Positions 52,727 to 61,980 of a stretch of 64,000 nucleotides of DNA are shown here, piece by piece (position 1 is the stretch's first letter; each line of letters begins with the position of its first letter). This DNA comes from Gammaproteobacteria bacterium (GTDB taxonomy: Bacteria; Pseudomonadota; Gammaproteobacteria; Eutrophobiales; Eutrophobiaceae): the NCBI GenBank assembly GCA_016193395.1, contig JACPSH010000015.1, positions 102,483 to 166,482 of the forward strand, read 5' to 3'. The notes under the pieces are model-generated. The model searched no databases, was not told the DNA's origin, and saw nothing but the letters and a program-made list of their open reading frames with translations. The position numbers and the translations under genes are program-made.

Positions 52727-53619
52727 GGCTGCATCCCCAGCAGGCGGTCGAGGGTGTCGTCGAACAGGGTGAACAGGTTCGTGGCCCTGTCGCTGCCGCC
52801 CACAGTCAGCGGCAGGACCAGCGCCGGTATGCCGCTGCGCCCGGATAACCACCCGGACGGTTTGTGGTCCTGGAACGGCGCGCGGATGATGAAGTCCGCG
52901 CCCCCCTGCCCGAATTGTCCGAGTAATTCGCTCAGGTGCGAGGTGGTCGGCGGCAGTCCGGGTATCGGCTCCAGGTTCCCGACCTCCTTCAATCCCAACC
53001 AGTCCTCGAGATAGGCCCAGGACTTATGGTGCGTGATCACGCGTTTGCCCTTCAGCGGCGCGGCGCGCGATTCCCATCCGCTGATCGCCGCATCCCAGCG
53101 TTTCTGAAAATCATCCAGACCCGCCCGGTAGGCATCCGCATTCGCCGCATCGAGTTGCGCCATGCGTTCGGCGAGCGCCATTGCAATGCGGTTGATGTTG
53201 TGCGGATTGGTCTGGACATGCGGATTACCCTGCGGATGGATGTCGCCCTGGGCGCGGTCGACGCTGGCCGGCACCTCCAGGCGGCGCACAAAGCCGCTGG
53301 CCTCAAAGAAACCCGGCGCGCCGGGCTGGACCTTCGGGTTGTTGCCCTTCTGCAGCAGCACCGGCAACCATCCGATCTCGAGTTGCGCGCCGCTGCACAC
53401 GACAAGGTCGGCGCCGCGGATTTTTGCGATCAGGCCTGGACGCGCCTGGATGTAGTGCGGGTCCTGCAACGCAGTGGTGGCGCTGTAGGTATCAACGCGG
53501 TCGCGACCGATCTCTTTTGCCAGCGCCTCCCATTCCGGCTCGCAGGCGAACAGGCGCAACTCGGCCCGGGACGGCAGGGAAACGGCCAATAGCAACAGAA
53601 AAGGAATAATGCGATACAT
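52723..53619 (-). CDS. Metal ABC transporter substrate-binding protein, ZnuA/TroA family
   Basis: Start MYRIIPFLLLL (Met46 of ORF, GGAGAG Shine-Dalgarno); signal peptide; His-rich loop GDIHPQGNPHVQTNPH. Confidence 0.8.
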   Translation of the reverse strand: MYRIIPFLLLLAVSLPSRAELRLFACEPEWEALAKEIGRDRVDTYSATTALQDPHYIQARPGLIAKIRGADLVVCSGAQLEIGWLPVLLQKGNNPKVQPGAPGFFEASGFVRRLEVPASVDRAQGDIHPQGNPHVQTNPHNINRIAMALAERMAQLDAANADAYRAGLDDFQKRWDAAISGWESRAAPLKGKRVITHHKSWAYLEDWLGLKEVGNLEPIPGLPPTTSHLSELLGQFGQGGADFIIRAPFQDHKPSGWLSGRSGIPALVLPLTVGGSDRATNLFTLFDDTLDRLLGMQP

Positions 53620-53635
53620 GTGATCTCTCCCGGAT

Positions 53636-55000
53636 TCAGAATGAATGGGCGCGGTGGGCGCCGATGCTGAAGATGTATTGCAGGCCCCACTGGTCATCTG
53701 ATCTGCGGCCCGCATCATCGCGCGTGTACTGGAAGCGCAGCCGGCTGAACTCACTGTTCGACCAGTCCACCATCACGGTGTAGCGTTTAGGGTCCGGACC
53801 CGCCGGGTCCAGATCGGTGCCGGTGTAGGCCGTGCCCGGGTTGTCCGAAGAAAGCATGTCGAAGCGCGCGCCGACGCGCCACTGCGGGAATGGTTGGTAT
53901 GCCGCCTGAACATACCAGCCGCCCTGGTTGTTGTCGTACGGCAGCACGCGGCCGTCGGGCAGACTGTAGTCACCGTCCTCATTGCGCCACAGGTATTCAC
54001 CCTGGACGATGACGTTCCTGTCCCGCCAGTTGCCGTGCGGCGACCACTTCCAGACGACTTGCGCGATCGCGAGATCGGTCTCGCCGTTGAACAGCAGCGC
54101 GGCGTCCTCCGCACCTGAGCGGCGGTCATTGCTGCCCGCATGCAGGTAGGACAGTCCCGCGAGCCAACTGTGGCTCTCGCCGACATCGCCGCCGAGCTTG
54201 GCGTACAGGCTGCGCGAACCGAACCCGGAGTCATCTGCGCCGCCGGCGGGATAGCGGTCGCCGCGCAGGATCTCGCCGCCGAATTCCAGGAACAGGTCAG
54301 TCGGCGCGAGCCAGCGCAACTGCACGCCGTCGTCCAGGTACTGCTTGCCCAGGAATGCCTGGTACGGCAGCGGCTGATCCAGAAAATCCCAGGTATGCGC
54401 GTGGCGGCCGTTCAGATAACCGATGCCGGAGAAGAAGCGGCCGACGCGTGCGGCAAATCCACCCGGCAGCGCGGTCGTTTCAATCCACGCTTCTTCGATC
54501 TCGATCCCCGCCTCTCCATCCTCGACGACGAGGGGCGCCGTGAGCCACGCGGTGAACTTGTCGTCGACGTTGGCGTTGAGGACCAACTCAGTCTCGCCCA
54601 ACCCCAGGCCTTCGGGCACCGGCCCGGCCTCTCCGCCCAATGGGAATCCGGGGATCCTGTAGCTGTCCGGATCGCGTGCGTAATCCCAGCCCTGCGCCTG
54701 GAATACGACGCCCATCGCGGGATTGAACGCGCTACCACCGGCGCCCGAACCGGCCGGGGCCGGCATGGTGCCGGCGGCCTGCACCGCCTGGTCCGCCTGC
54801 ACGGAAGCCCGGCCGGCCTTCTGTTCCGCCGCCGCTACGCGCTTTTCCAGGTCCTGGATGCGCGCTTCGTACTCCTGTCGCAATTCCTTTATCGAAGCGC
54901 GCAATGCTTCCACATCTGTTGCGGCCTGATCCTCTGCATGGACCGTACCATTAAAAACAAGTGCAAGAACCCAAATGAAATATCGCAATGGAATGCGCAT
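53636..55000 (-). CDS. Outer-membrane porin-like beta-barrel protein with N-terminal coiled-coil (DcaP-like)
   Basis: Start MRIPLRYFIWVLALVF (AGGAGG Shine-Dalgarno); signal peptide; coiled-coil ALRASIKELRQEYEARIQDLEKRVAAAEQ; C-terminal ...HRAHSF aromatic terminus. Confidence 0.6.
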   Translation of the reverse strand: MRIPLRYFIWVLALVFNGTVHAEDQAATDVEALRASIKELRQEYEARIQDLEKRVAAAEQKAGRASVQADQAVQAAGTMPAPAGSGAGGSAFNPAMGVVFQAQGWDYARDPDSYRIPGFPLGGEAGPVPEGLGLGETELVLNANVDDKFTAWLTAPLVVEDGEAGIEIEEAWIETTALPGGFAARVGRFFSGIGYLNGRHAHTWDFLDQPLPYQAFLGKQYLDDGVQLRWLAPTDLFLEFGGEILRGDRYPAGGADDSGFGSRSLYAKLGGDVGESHSWLAGLSYLHAGSNDRRSGAEDAALLFNGETDLAIAQVVWKWSPHGNWRDRNVIVQGEYLWRNEDGDYSLPDGRVLPYDNNQGGWYVQAAYQPFPQWRVGARFDMLSSDNPGTAYTGTDLDPAGPDPKRYTVMVDWSNSEFSRLRFQYTRDDAGRRSDDQWGLQYIFSIGAHRAHSF

Positions 55001-55073
55001 GACACCGCCTCCTGAAATGACCATGTACACCGGCGCCGCCGCAGACGGCGAGCCGGACCGATCATGTCTTCAG

Positions 55074-55355
55074 TCAGGCGATGCTGGGAGGAGCGCGTCC
55101 GTCATAGGCACGCGCAATCACGCATGCCCATTCGATCGCGGGAAGGAAGTGATCCTGTGGGCCGCGGCCGGCATCGACCGCGACATGGACGACCGCAGCC
55201 GGGAGGCTGTGGGATTGCTGTGCCTGGCACAGGCAAAGCTGGCACTGAATGCCGCCTGTATCGATGTGCGTCGCCGCGTGCGCCACCAGCGCCGTATCGC
55301 TGGCAACGATGAAAAGCGCCAGGGCTAAACAGTGATACCGTGATGCGCGTGCCAT
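55074..55355 (-). CDS. Hypothetical small exported protein with CxLCLC motif
   Basis: 93 aa; N-terminal hydrophobic signal-like segment; high GC3; no recognisable Shine-Dalgarno; weak. Confidence 0.3.
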   Translation of the reverse strand: MARASRYHCLALALFIVASDTALVAHAATHIDTGGIQCQLCLCQAQQSHSLPAAVVHVAVDAGRGPQDHFLPAIEWACVIARAYDGRAPPSIA

Positions 55356-55439
55356 GCGGATATATTAGTACATTTGCGGACGAATGAAGGAGTCGTTGCG
55401 GCCTGATCGACGCTTCTTCAGGGTGAAAGGAAGATCCAG

Positions 55440-56666
55440 TTGGTGTCGTCAAAAACTGACATTGCTATTATCTTCGCCGCGCGCACGATTCGCATGTTTG
55501 CCTACGGTTTCGTGTCGGTCGTGCTCGTCCTGTACCTGGCCGCGGCGGGCCTGGACGAAGTCCTCATCGGCCTGTTGCTGAGTTGCGCACTGTTCGGCGA
55601 TGCGGCGGTGTCGCTGTGGATCACGGCGGCTGCGGACCGCGTGGGCCGGCGTCGCATGCTCCTGCTCGGCGCTGTCCTGATGGCGCTGGCGGGCATCGTC
55701 TTCCTTTCCACCGGCAGCTTTTTGCTGCTGGCGCTGGCCGCCATCGTCGGCGTCATCAGCCCGAGCGGCGCAGAGATCGGCCCGTTCCTGTCGATCGAGC
55801 AGGCCGCGCTGTCCCAATTGCTGCCGGACGAGAGGCGCACCCGCACCTTTGCCTGGTACAGCTTGACCGGATCGCTGGCCACGGCCACCGGCGCGCTCTC
55901 CGGCGGCCTGCTCTCGCAATTGCTCCAGAACGGCGGCCTTACGGATCTGGAATCGTACCGCGCTGTGCTCGTCGGTTACGTGACCGGCGGCGCCGTGCTC
56001 GCCGCGCTGTTTGCGTGCCTGTCCAGCCGCGTCGAGATCGTCGCCCCGGCACCCGCCGCCCGCCGGACGCTCGGCCTGCATCGTTCCGGCGGCATCATCG
56101 CGCGGCTGAGCGCGCTGTTCGCGCTGGATGCTTTCGCCGGCGGCCTCGTCATCCAGAGCATCATGGCGTACTGGTTCCACATCCGCTTCGGCGCGGATGA
56201 AGCGACCCTCGGCGCGATGTTTTTCTGCGCCAACCTCCTCTCCGGTCTTTCCGCGCTGCTTGCGGTCCGAATCGCCGCCCGCATCGGCCTCATCCGCACC
56301 ATGGTCTTCACTCACCTCCCTTCGAACGTCCTGCTGTGCCTGGTGCCGCTGATGCCCACGCTGCCATGGGCGATTGCCGTGCTTCTGCTGCGTTTCAGCA
56401 TCTCCCAGATGGACGTGCCGACGCGCCAGTCCTACACCATGGCGGTCGTCGCGCCGGATGAGCGGGCCGCCGCCGCGGGCGTCACCGGCATCGCGCGTTC
56501 GATCGGGGCATCCGTGTCCCCGGCCCTGAGCGGCGTCCTGCTCGCCGCGCCGGGCCTGCTTTCGGCGCCGTTCTATCTCGCGGGGGGACTCAAGATCGTC
56601 TATGACCTGCTGCTCTACCGCGGCTTCAGCCGCCTCCGCCCGCCGGAAGAACATCCTCGTATTTGA
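55440..56666 (+). CDS. MFS transporter
   Basis: 408 aa; 12 predicted TM helices; MFS motif region (DRVGRRRMLLLG). Confidence 0.85.
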   Translation: MVSSKTDIAIIFAARTIRMFAYGFVSVVLVLYLAAAGLDEVLIGLLLSCALFGDAAVSLWITAAADRVGRRRMLLLGAVLMALAGIVFLSTGSFLLLALAAIVGVISPSGAEIGPFLSIEQAALSQLLPDERRTRTFAWYSLTGSLATATGALSGGLLSQLLQNGGLTDLESYRAVLVGYVTGGAVLAALFACLSSRVEIVAPAPAARRTLGLHRSGGIIARLSALFALDAFAGGLVIQSIMAYWFHIRFGADEATLGAMFFCANLLSGLSALLAVRIAARIGLIRTMVFTHLPSNVLLCLVPLMPTLPWAIAVLLLRFSISQMDVPTRQSYTMAVVAPDERAAAAGVTGIARSIGASVSPALSGVLLAAPGLLSAPFYLAGGLKIVYDLLLYRGFSRLRPPEEHPRI

Positions 56667-56728
56667 ACAGCCGGGTTGAAAGTCGGAGCGGCGGCCCCCA
56701 TCATTCCAGCCACCGAGCAGCACGAATC

Positions 56729-57473
56729 ATGTCCGGCCCGAACCGTTCCCAGATTTCAAGCCCGCGGGCAGTCGCCAACGCCGCGCGCGGCGTGCCGGCC
56801 TCCGATGGGGCGGGCGTGCGCATGACGCGAATCATCAGCTCGCCCCAGATCGGCATCATCGATCCGTTCCTGATGCTGGACGAATTCCGCAGCGATGAGC
56901 CCCGGGACTACCTCGCCGGTTTCCCGGACCATCCGCATCGCGGCTTCGAAACGGTGACCTACATGCTTGCCGGGCGCATGCGCCACAAGGACAACCACGG
57001 CCACGAAGGCGTCATCGATTCCGGCGGCGTGCAGTGGATGCGGGCGGGCCGCGGCATCATCCACTCGGAAATGCCGGAGCAGGAACAGGGCCTGATGTGG
57101 GGTTTCCAGCTCTGGGTCAACCTGCCCGCAAGCAGGAAGATGTCGCCACCCCACTACCAGGAATTCGACGGGCGCGCGATCCCGGAAGAACCGCGCGGCG
57201 AAGATTGCACGGTGCGGGTGATCTCCGGAACGACCTCGCTCGGCCGGGCGGGCAGCGTGGCCGACATTCCCACCTCGCCGGTTTATTTCGACGTCAGGCT
57301 CGGCCCGGGGGCGGAGTTCAGCGAACCCATCGATCCGCAACAACGGAGCGCGATTCCTGCTGCTGGCCGCCCGGCCTCTGAACGAGCCGATTGCCTGGCA
57401 GGGCCCGTTCGTCATGAATTCGCGCGCCGAGTTGATGCAGGCGTTCGAGGATTACGACGCGGGGCGCTTCTAA
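56729..57473 (+). pseudogene. Pirin-family protein disrupted by an internal ~135-nt deletion with frameshift
   Basis: N-terminal pirin cupin (DPFLMLDEF...HPHRGFETVTYML) runs in frame 2 to ~57345; the genuine pirin C-terminus ARFLLLAARPLNEPIAWQGPFVMNSRAELMQAFEDYDAGRF* is in another frame ending 57473; about 45 expected residues between are missing. Confidence 0.6.
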
Positions 57474-57560
57474 AGGGGACAGATTTATTTTTTGAGCTGG
57501 CCTCCCCTGTGCAGACCATACCGTGACAGAAAAAATAGAAAAAATAAATCTGTCCCCTTT
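57472..57560. terminator. 22-bp perfect inverted repeat with 45-nt spacer followed by a T-run, at the pirin/yqjG junction
   Basis: aaaggggacagatttatttttt (57472-57493) and its exact reverse complement at 57539-57560, then ttt; the right arm encodes yqjG residues EKIEKINLSP. Confidence 0.55.
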
Positions 57561-58487
57561 TTCGACGACCGGCGGCCGCTTCGTGCGGCAGGATTCCACC
57601 TTCCGCAACTGGGTTACGCCGGACGGCACGCCCGGCCCGACCGGCGCCAGCGGCTTCCAGGCCGAGCCCGGCCGTTATCATCTCTATATCTCCCTCGCCT
57701 GCCCATGGGCGCATTCCGCAAGCTCAAGGGCCTGGAGAGAGCGATCACGCTGTCCGCGGTTGGCGCGTTCATGGGTTCCAGAGGCTGGTCCTTCGATCCG
57801 GGACCGGGCGTCATTCCGGACAGCGTCAACGGCGCGCGTTACCTGTCCGAAATTTATCTGCGTGCCGATCCCGGCTACAGCGGCCGCTGGACGGTGCCCG
57901 TGCTCTGGGACAGGCATACACGCACCATCGTCAACAACGAATCCTCCGAGATCATCCGTATGTTCAATTCGGCCTTCGATCGCGCCGGGGCGAGCGGCCC
58001 AGATTTCTACCCGGAGCGGTTGCGCGGGGAGATCGACGCGCTGAATGATTTCATTTATCCAAACATCAATGACGGCGTTTACCGCGCGGGTTTTGCGACG
58101 ACACAGGAAGCTTACGCGGAGGCGGCGCGGAATCTCTTCGCCGCACTGGACGGCCTGGAACAGCGTCTCGCCGGCCGGCGTTACCTGGCTGGCGATTTGA
58201 TCACGGAAGCCGACTGGCGCTTGTTCACGACGCTGGTCCGCTTCGACGCCGTCTACCACGGCCACTTCAAGTGCAACCTGCGGCGCCTAATCGAATATCC
58301 GAATCTGTGGGCGTACACGCGCGAACTTTACCAAGTACCCGGTATCTCCGGGACCGTGGACATCCCGTTCATCAAGGAGCACTACTACCGCAGCCACACC
58401 ATGCTCAATCCGTCCGGCATCGTGCCCATCGGCCCGCACGTGGATTTCAGCGCGCCGCACGGACGCGGGTCCGGTTCCGCGCCTTGA
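57523..58487 (+). pseudogene. yqjG: Glutathionyl-hydroquinone reductase (YqjG/PcpF, Xi-class GST) with a 13-nt internal deletion and frameshift
   Basis: N-terminus ...GRYHLYISLACPWAH in the frame of ORF 57523..58044, then continues as FRKLKGLERA... in the frame of ORF 57492..58487; conserved RTLI after CPWAH is missing near 57713. Confidence 0.65.
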
Positions 58488-58507
58488 GAGAAGGCGCTTA
58501 GCCCGGT

Positions 58508-58535
58508 TCCGGCATTCGCCGGAACGGTGAAAAGA
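58508..58535. terminator. Hairpin ccggttccggc-attc-gccggaaccgg in a convergent gap (REP-family core)
   Basis: 10-bp stem, then A/T-rich tgaaaagagaaaag; lies between yqjG and the TPR-gene 3' ends. Confidence 0.5.
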
Positions 58536-58575
58536 GAAAAGAGTGCGGCGGCGCGACTGCCGCGCCGGACAATGG

Positions 58576-59199
58576 TCAGTTCTGGAAGTAGAGCGAAGGC
58601 TTGCCAACGGCGCGCAACAACGAATCAAGCCGCGCCTGCGGCATGAACCACTGCGGCTTCAATTCAATAGCGCGCCGGTAATCCGCTTCGGCGCCGTCGA
58701 AATTCCGTACGCGCTCGTAGGCCATCGCCCGGTTGTAATAGGCGATGTGATCCTTTTCGAGGCCCAATTCCAGGGCACGCGTGTACTCGTTGATCGCGTC
58801 GCTGTAGGCGTTCGTCAGGAACGACAGGTTGCCGCGGTTCACGAACACCTCGCCCGACGGGGGATTCAGGCCGACCGCCGTCTCGTAGTCCTTCGCGGCG
58901 CGCTCGAAATCCTTCTGCGCCATGTACAGGATCCCGCGGTTGACGTAGGTCGCGAGCCGGTCGCGCATCGAGAGCCTGCCGTACTGAATCGCGTGCGTGC
59001 AGTCCGTGATCGACTCGCGCGAGCCGAAGTGCCGGCGCGCGGTCATGGACGCAGCGGCATAACAATCACGCGCGTAGGAATCGCCGCCGAGCACCGTCAT
59101 GGACTGGGTGCCCGCGCTCATGGAGGGCTGCGCCGAAACAGCCGACGCCAAGCTCCCGACTACGGCGGCGACCAAGACAAGAATGAATCGTAAGTGCAC
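58576..59199 (-). CDS. Secreted TPR-repeat protein
   Basis: 207 aa; signal peptide MHLRFILVLVAAVVGSLASAVSA; TPR-like repeats (YNRAMAYERVRNFDGAEADYRRAIEL). Confidence 0.6.
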   Translation of the reverse strand: MHLRFILVLVAAVVGSLASAVSAQPSMSAGTQSMTVLGGDSYARDCYAAASMTARRHFGSRESITDCTHAIQYGRLSMRDRLATYVNRGILYMAQKDFERAAKDYETAVGLNPPSGEVFVNRGNLSFLTNAYSDAINEYTRALELGLEKDHIAYYNRAMAYERVRNFDGAEADYRRAIELKPQWFMPQARLDSLLRAVGKPSLYFQN

Positions 59200-59314
59200 G
59201 TCTGATTACCGGTAAACAAGCTCTTACTGTCTGAATTATAGTCAAAGCCGGTCCGAATTCTACTGGCGATGGGGCAACGCCTGTGGCCGCAGCGCAACGT
59301 GTCGCACTCTGGAT

Positions 59315-60226
59315 TCATGCGGCATCCGGCGCAGCGACGCCGTTCACCTCGGCCCAGTGCCGGATGGCGGCAGTGTGATCCACTGTGCCGCCCATTTTCG
59401 CGCAGGTTTCCGCCCAGTGTTCCTTGAGCAGCGCGCACACCGGGGCCTCGATGCCGATGGCCTTCGCCAGATCCGCGGCAATCGCGATGTCCTTGGTCAG
59501 CAGGCCCAGCGCGAAACCCGTCGCGTATTTTCCCGTCAGGACGTGCTCCTTGAAGCTGAACTCGGTGCTGAAATTACGCCCGGTGGACGCGTTCAGCACG
59601 TCGACCAGCAGCGCGGGGTCGAGCCCGAACTTCCGGCCCACGATCAGGGCCTCGGCCGCGGCCGTATATCCCGCTGCCGCCACGAAGTTGTTCAGCGCCT
59701 TGACTGCGTGGCCTGAACCGGATCGGCCGGTCAAGAACAACTTTTTTCCCATCACCTCGAGCAGCGGACGCACACTATCAATGGCGGCCACATTGTCCGC
59801 GCCGACCATGATCGAGAGCGTGCCCGCTTCCGCACGCGGCACACCCCCGGAAACCGGCGCATCGACCAGCGCGACATCGCGCCCGGCCAGTTCACGCGCA
59901 AGCGCCTGCGTGCCGGCGGGATCCGAAGAACTCATGTCCACGGCCACCGTACGCCGCCGCAGCGCAGCGGCCAGTCCCCAGTCCAGCATCACCTCGCGCA
60001 CGATGCGGCCCGTCGGCAGCATGGTGATGACCGCATCCGCGCTCTCGAACGCGGCGGGCGCATCCGCGGCGGCGCAGCCATGCTCGGCCGCGAAACGCTG
60101 CTGACGCCCGGCATCCGCATCGCGCACGACCAGTCGATGACCGGCGCGCGCCAGGTTGCGCGCCATGGGCCAACCCATGTTCCCCAGGCCGACAAAGCCG
60201 ACCGTCAGCTTCCGATCCATGGCCAT
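59315..60226 (-). CDS. NAD(P)-dependent oxidoreductase, 3-hydroxyisobutyrate/tartronate-semialdehyde reductase family
   Basis: 303 aa; VGFVGLGNMGWPMARNL Rossmann fold; 6PGD-like C-terminal domain. Confidence 0.85.
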   Translation of the reverse strand: MAMDRKLTVGFVGLGNMGWPMARNLARAGHRLVVRDADAGRQQRFAAEHGCAAADAPAAFESADAVITMLPTGRIVREVMLDWGLAAALRRRTVAVDMSSSDPAGTQALARELAGRDVALVDAPVSGGVPRAEAGTLSIMVGADNVAAIDSVRPLLEVMGKKLFLTGRSGSGHAVKALNNFVAAAGYTAAAEALIVGRKFGLDPALLVDVLNASTGRNFSTEFSFKEHVLTGKYATGFALGLLTKDIAIAADLAKAIGIEAPVCALLKEHWAETCAKMGGTVDHTAAIRHWAEVNGVAAPDAA

Positions 60227-60229
60227 GGC

Positions 60230-60613
60230 CTACTCTGCGATTCCGGCTTCCGCGAACACTTCGCGGGCGCAGCGGAAACCGTCCACCGCCGCGGGCACGC
60301 CGCAATAGATCATGGCGTTCAGCAGGATCTCCCTGATCTCGTCCTTCGTCACGCCGTTGGTCAGCGCGGTGCGCAGGTGCAGTTTGATCTCCGGCGCGCG
60401 GTTCTGCGCGATCAACATGGAGAGCGTGATCATGCTGCGCAACCGGCGCGGAAGATGCTCGCGGCCCCAGACCTCGCCGAAGCAATAGCGCGTGACGATC
60501 TCCTGAAACTCGCGCGTGAAGTCCGTCGCTTCCCGCACGTGCCGCTCGCCTATGTCCTTGCCAAACAGCTCGCGCCGGATCTGCAGCCCCTTGTCGAACA
60601 TTTCCTTGCTCAT
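60230..60613 (-). CDS. Carboxymuconolactone decarboxylase (CMD/AhpD-like) family protein
   Basis: Start MSKEMFDKG (ATG; the longer ORF begins at a TTG); 127 aa; CMD family. Confidence 0.75.
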   Translation of the reverse strand: MSKEMFDKGLQIRRELFGKDIGERHVREATDFTREFQEIVTRYCFGEVWGREHLPRRLRSMITLSMLIAQNRAPEIKLHLRTALTNGVTKDEIREILLNAMIYCGVPAAVDGFRCAREVFAEAGIAE

Positions 60614-60620
60614 GGCGACC

Positions 60621-61940
60621 TCAATCCGCAATGGACTGGTAGGCGAGCGTCTGGAACTCGCGCCACAGCGGGACGTTGCCGGGGCGGTACTGGACCATCA
60701 GGATTGACACCATGGCTTCCGCGGGATCGATGATCACCGTGGTGGTCGCCGCCCCGCCCCAGCCGAACTGTCCCTCCGAGGCGAGATTGGCATGGGCGGC
60801 CACGTCCGTCAGTACGGACACACCCAGACCATAGCCGCCGCCCGGCGAGAGTCCGGCGTCGAGGCCCGCCGGCACGTGGTTCTTGGTCATCAATTCGACC
60901 GTCTTGCGGCCGAGCACGCGGGCGCCGTTGAATTCGCCGCCATTCAGCAGCATCTGGGCGAAGCGGAAGTAATCTTCCGCCGTCGAAACGAGACCCGATC
61001 CTCCGGCCGGGTGGGCGCCGCCGGCGAGATATTCGCTGGACTCCGGCTTGTCGATGGGCGCGATGCCTTCGGGGATCGGCAGGAACGATACAATCTCGCC
61101 CTTGAAGTCCTTCGGCGCGTACATCGTCGTAAGGCGGTCGAGCTTCTCCCTCGGCAGACCGAAGGACGTGTCATTCATGCCGAGCGGCTCGAACAGCCGC
61201 GCGCGCAGGAATTCCGCGAACAGCTTGCCGGAAAAACGCTCGACCAGGTAGGCCTGCACATCGTGGGCATAGCTGTACTGCCACCGCGTCCCGGGCTGGT
61301 ACTGAAGCGGCGCCTTGGCGAGCAGCGGCACCCACTCGCGCAGCGGCAGAGGCGGATAGCCGCCCAGGTCTTTTTCGCTGCGGATGCCGGCGTTCTTGTA
61401 GGCTTCGTCGATCGGCGTATTGCTGAAGCCGTAGGAGAGCCCCGCGGTATGACGGAAGACGTCCTGTATGGTCGGCTTGCGCACCGGATCGACGAGCATC
61501 ATTTTCCCGGAGGCATCGAAGGAATCGAATACCTTCACGTCCCTGAATTCCGGGATATACGCGTCCACCGGATCGGTCAGCGCGAAACCGCCCTCCTCGA
61601 ACAGCATGAGCAGCGCCGCGCTCGTGATCGGCTTGGTCATCGAATAAATCCGGAATATCGAGTCGGCCTGCATCGGCGCGCGGCCTTCGACGCTGGATTT
61701 GCCGATGGCGCTCAGGTGCGCGATCTTGCCGTGGCGCGCGATGAGCATGACCACGCCCGCGAGCCTGTGCTCGTCGACGTAGTCCTGAAAATGACGATCG
61801 AGGCGCGCCAGCCGCTCGCCCGACAGACCGACTTCCTCCGGCGCCGCCCGCGGCAGTTCACTGGCGCGGACGCTGATGGCGAGAAGGGCGGCGAGCATAC
61901 CCGCGACCCACGTCGTGACGTGCATTATGCGAATGTTCAT
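60621..61940 (-). CDS. Serine hydrolase, beta-lactamase class C/esterase family, secreted
   Basis: 439 aa; signal peptide; S-x-x-K nucleophile motif SMTKPITS. Confidence 0.85.
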   Translation of the reverse strand: MNIRIMHVTTWVAGMLAALLAISVRASELPRAAPEEVGLSGERLARLDRHFQDYVDEHRLAGVVMLIARHGKIAHLSAIGKSSVEGRAPMQADSIFRIYSMTKPITSAALLMLFEEGGFALTDPVDAYIPEFRDVKVFDSFDASGKMMLVDPVRKPTIQDVFRHTAGLSYGFSNTPIDEAYKNAGIRSEKDLGGYPPLPLREWVPLLAKAPLQYQPGTRWQYSYAHDVQAYLVERFSGKLFAEFLRARLFEPLGMNDTSFGLPREKLDRLTTMYAPKDFKGEIVSFLPIPEGIAPIDKPESSEYLAGGAHPAGGSGLVSTAEDYFRFAQMLLNGGEFNGARVLGRKTVELMTKNHVPAGLDAGLSPGGGYGLGVSVLTDVAAHANLASEGQFGWGGAATTTVIIDPAEAMVSILMVQYRPGNVPLWREFQTLAYQSIAD

Positions 61941-61980
61941 GTCCCCCCCTTTGGAGCTGGTTTGAATTTGTCAGGAATTC

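Noticed and set aside
57034-57381. ORF 57034..57381 (115 aa) as an independent gene
   Set aside because: It lies in an alternative frame across the pirin lesion. The pirin N- and C-terminal homologies explain the region as a single damaged gene.
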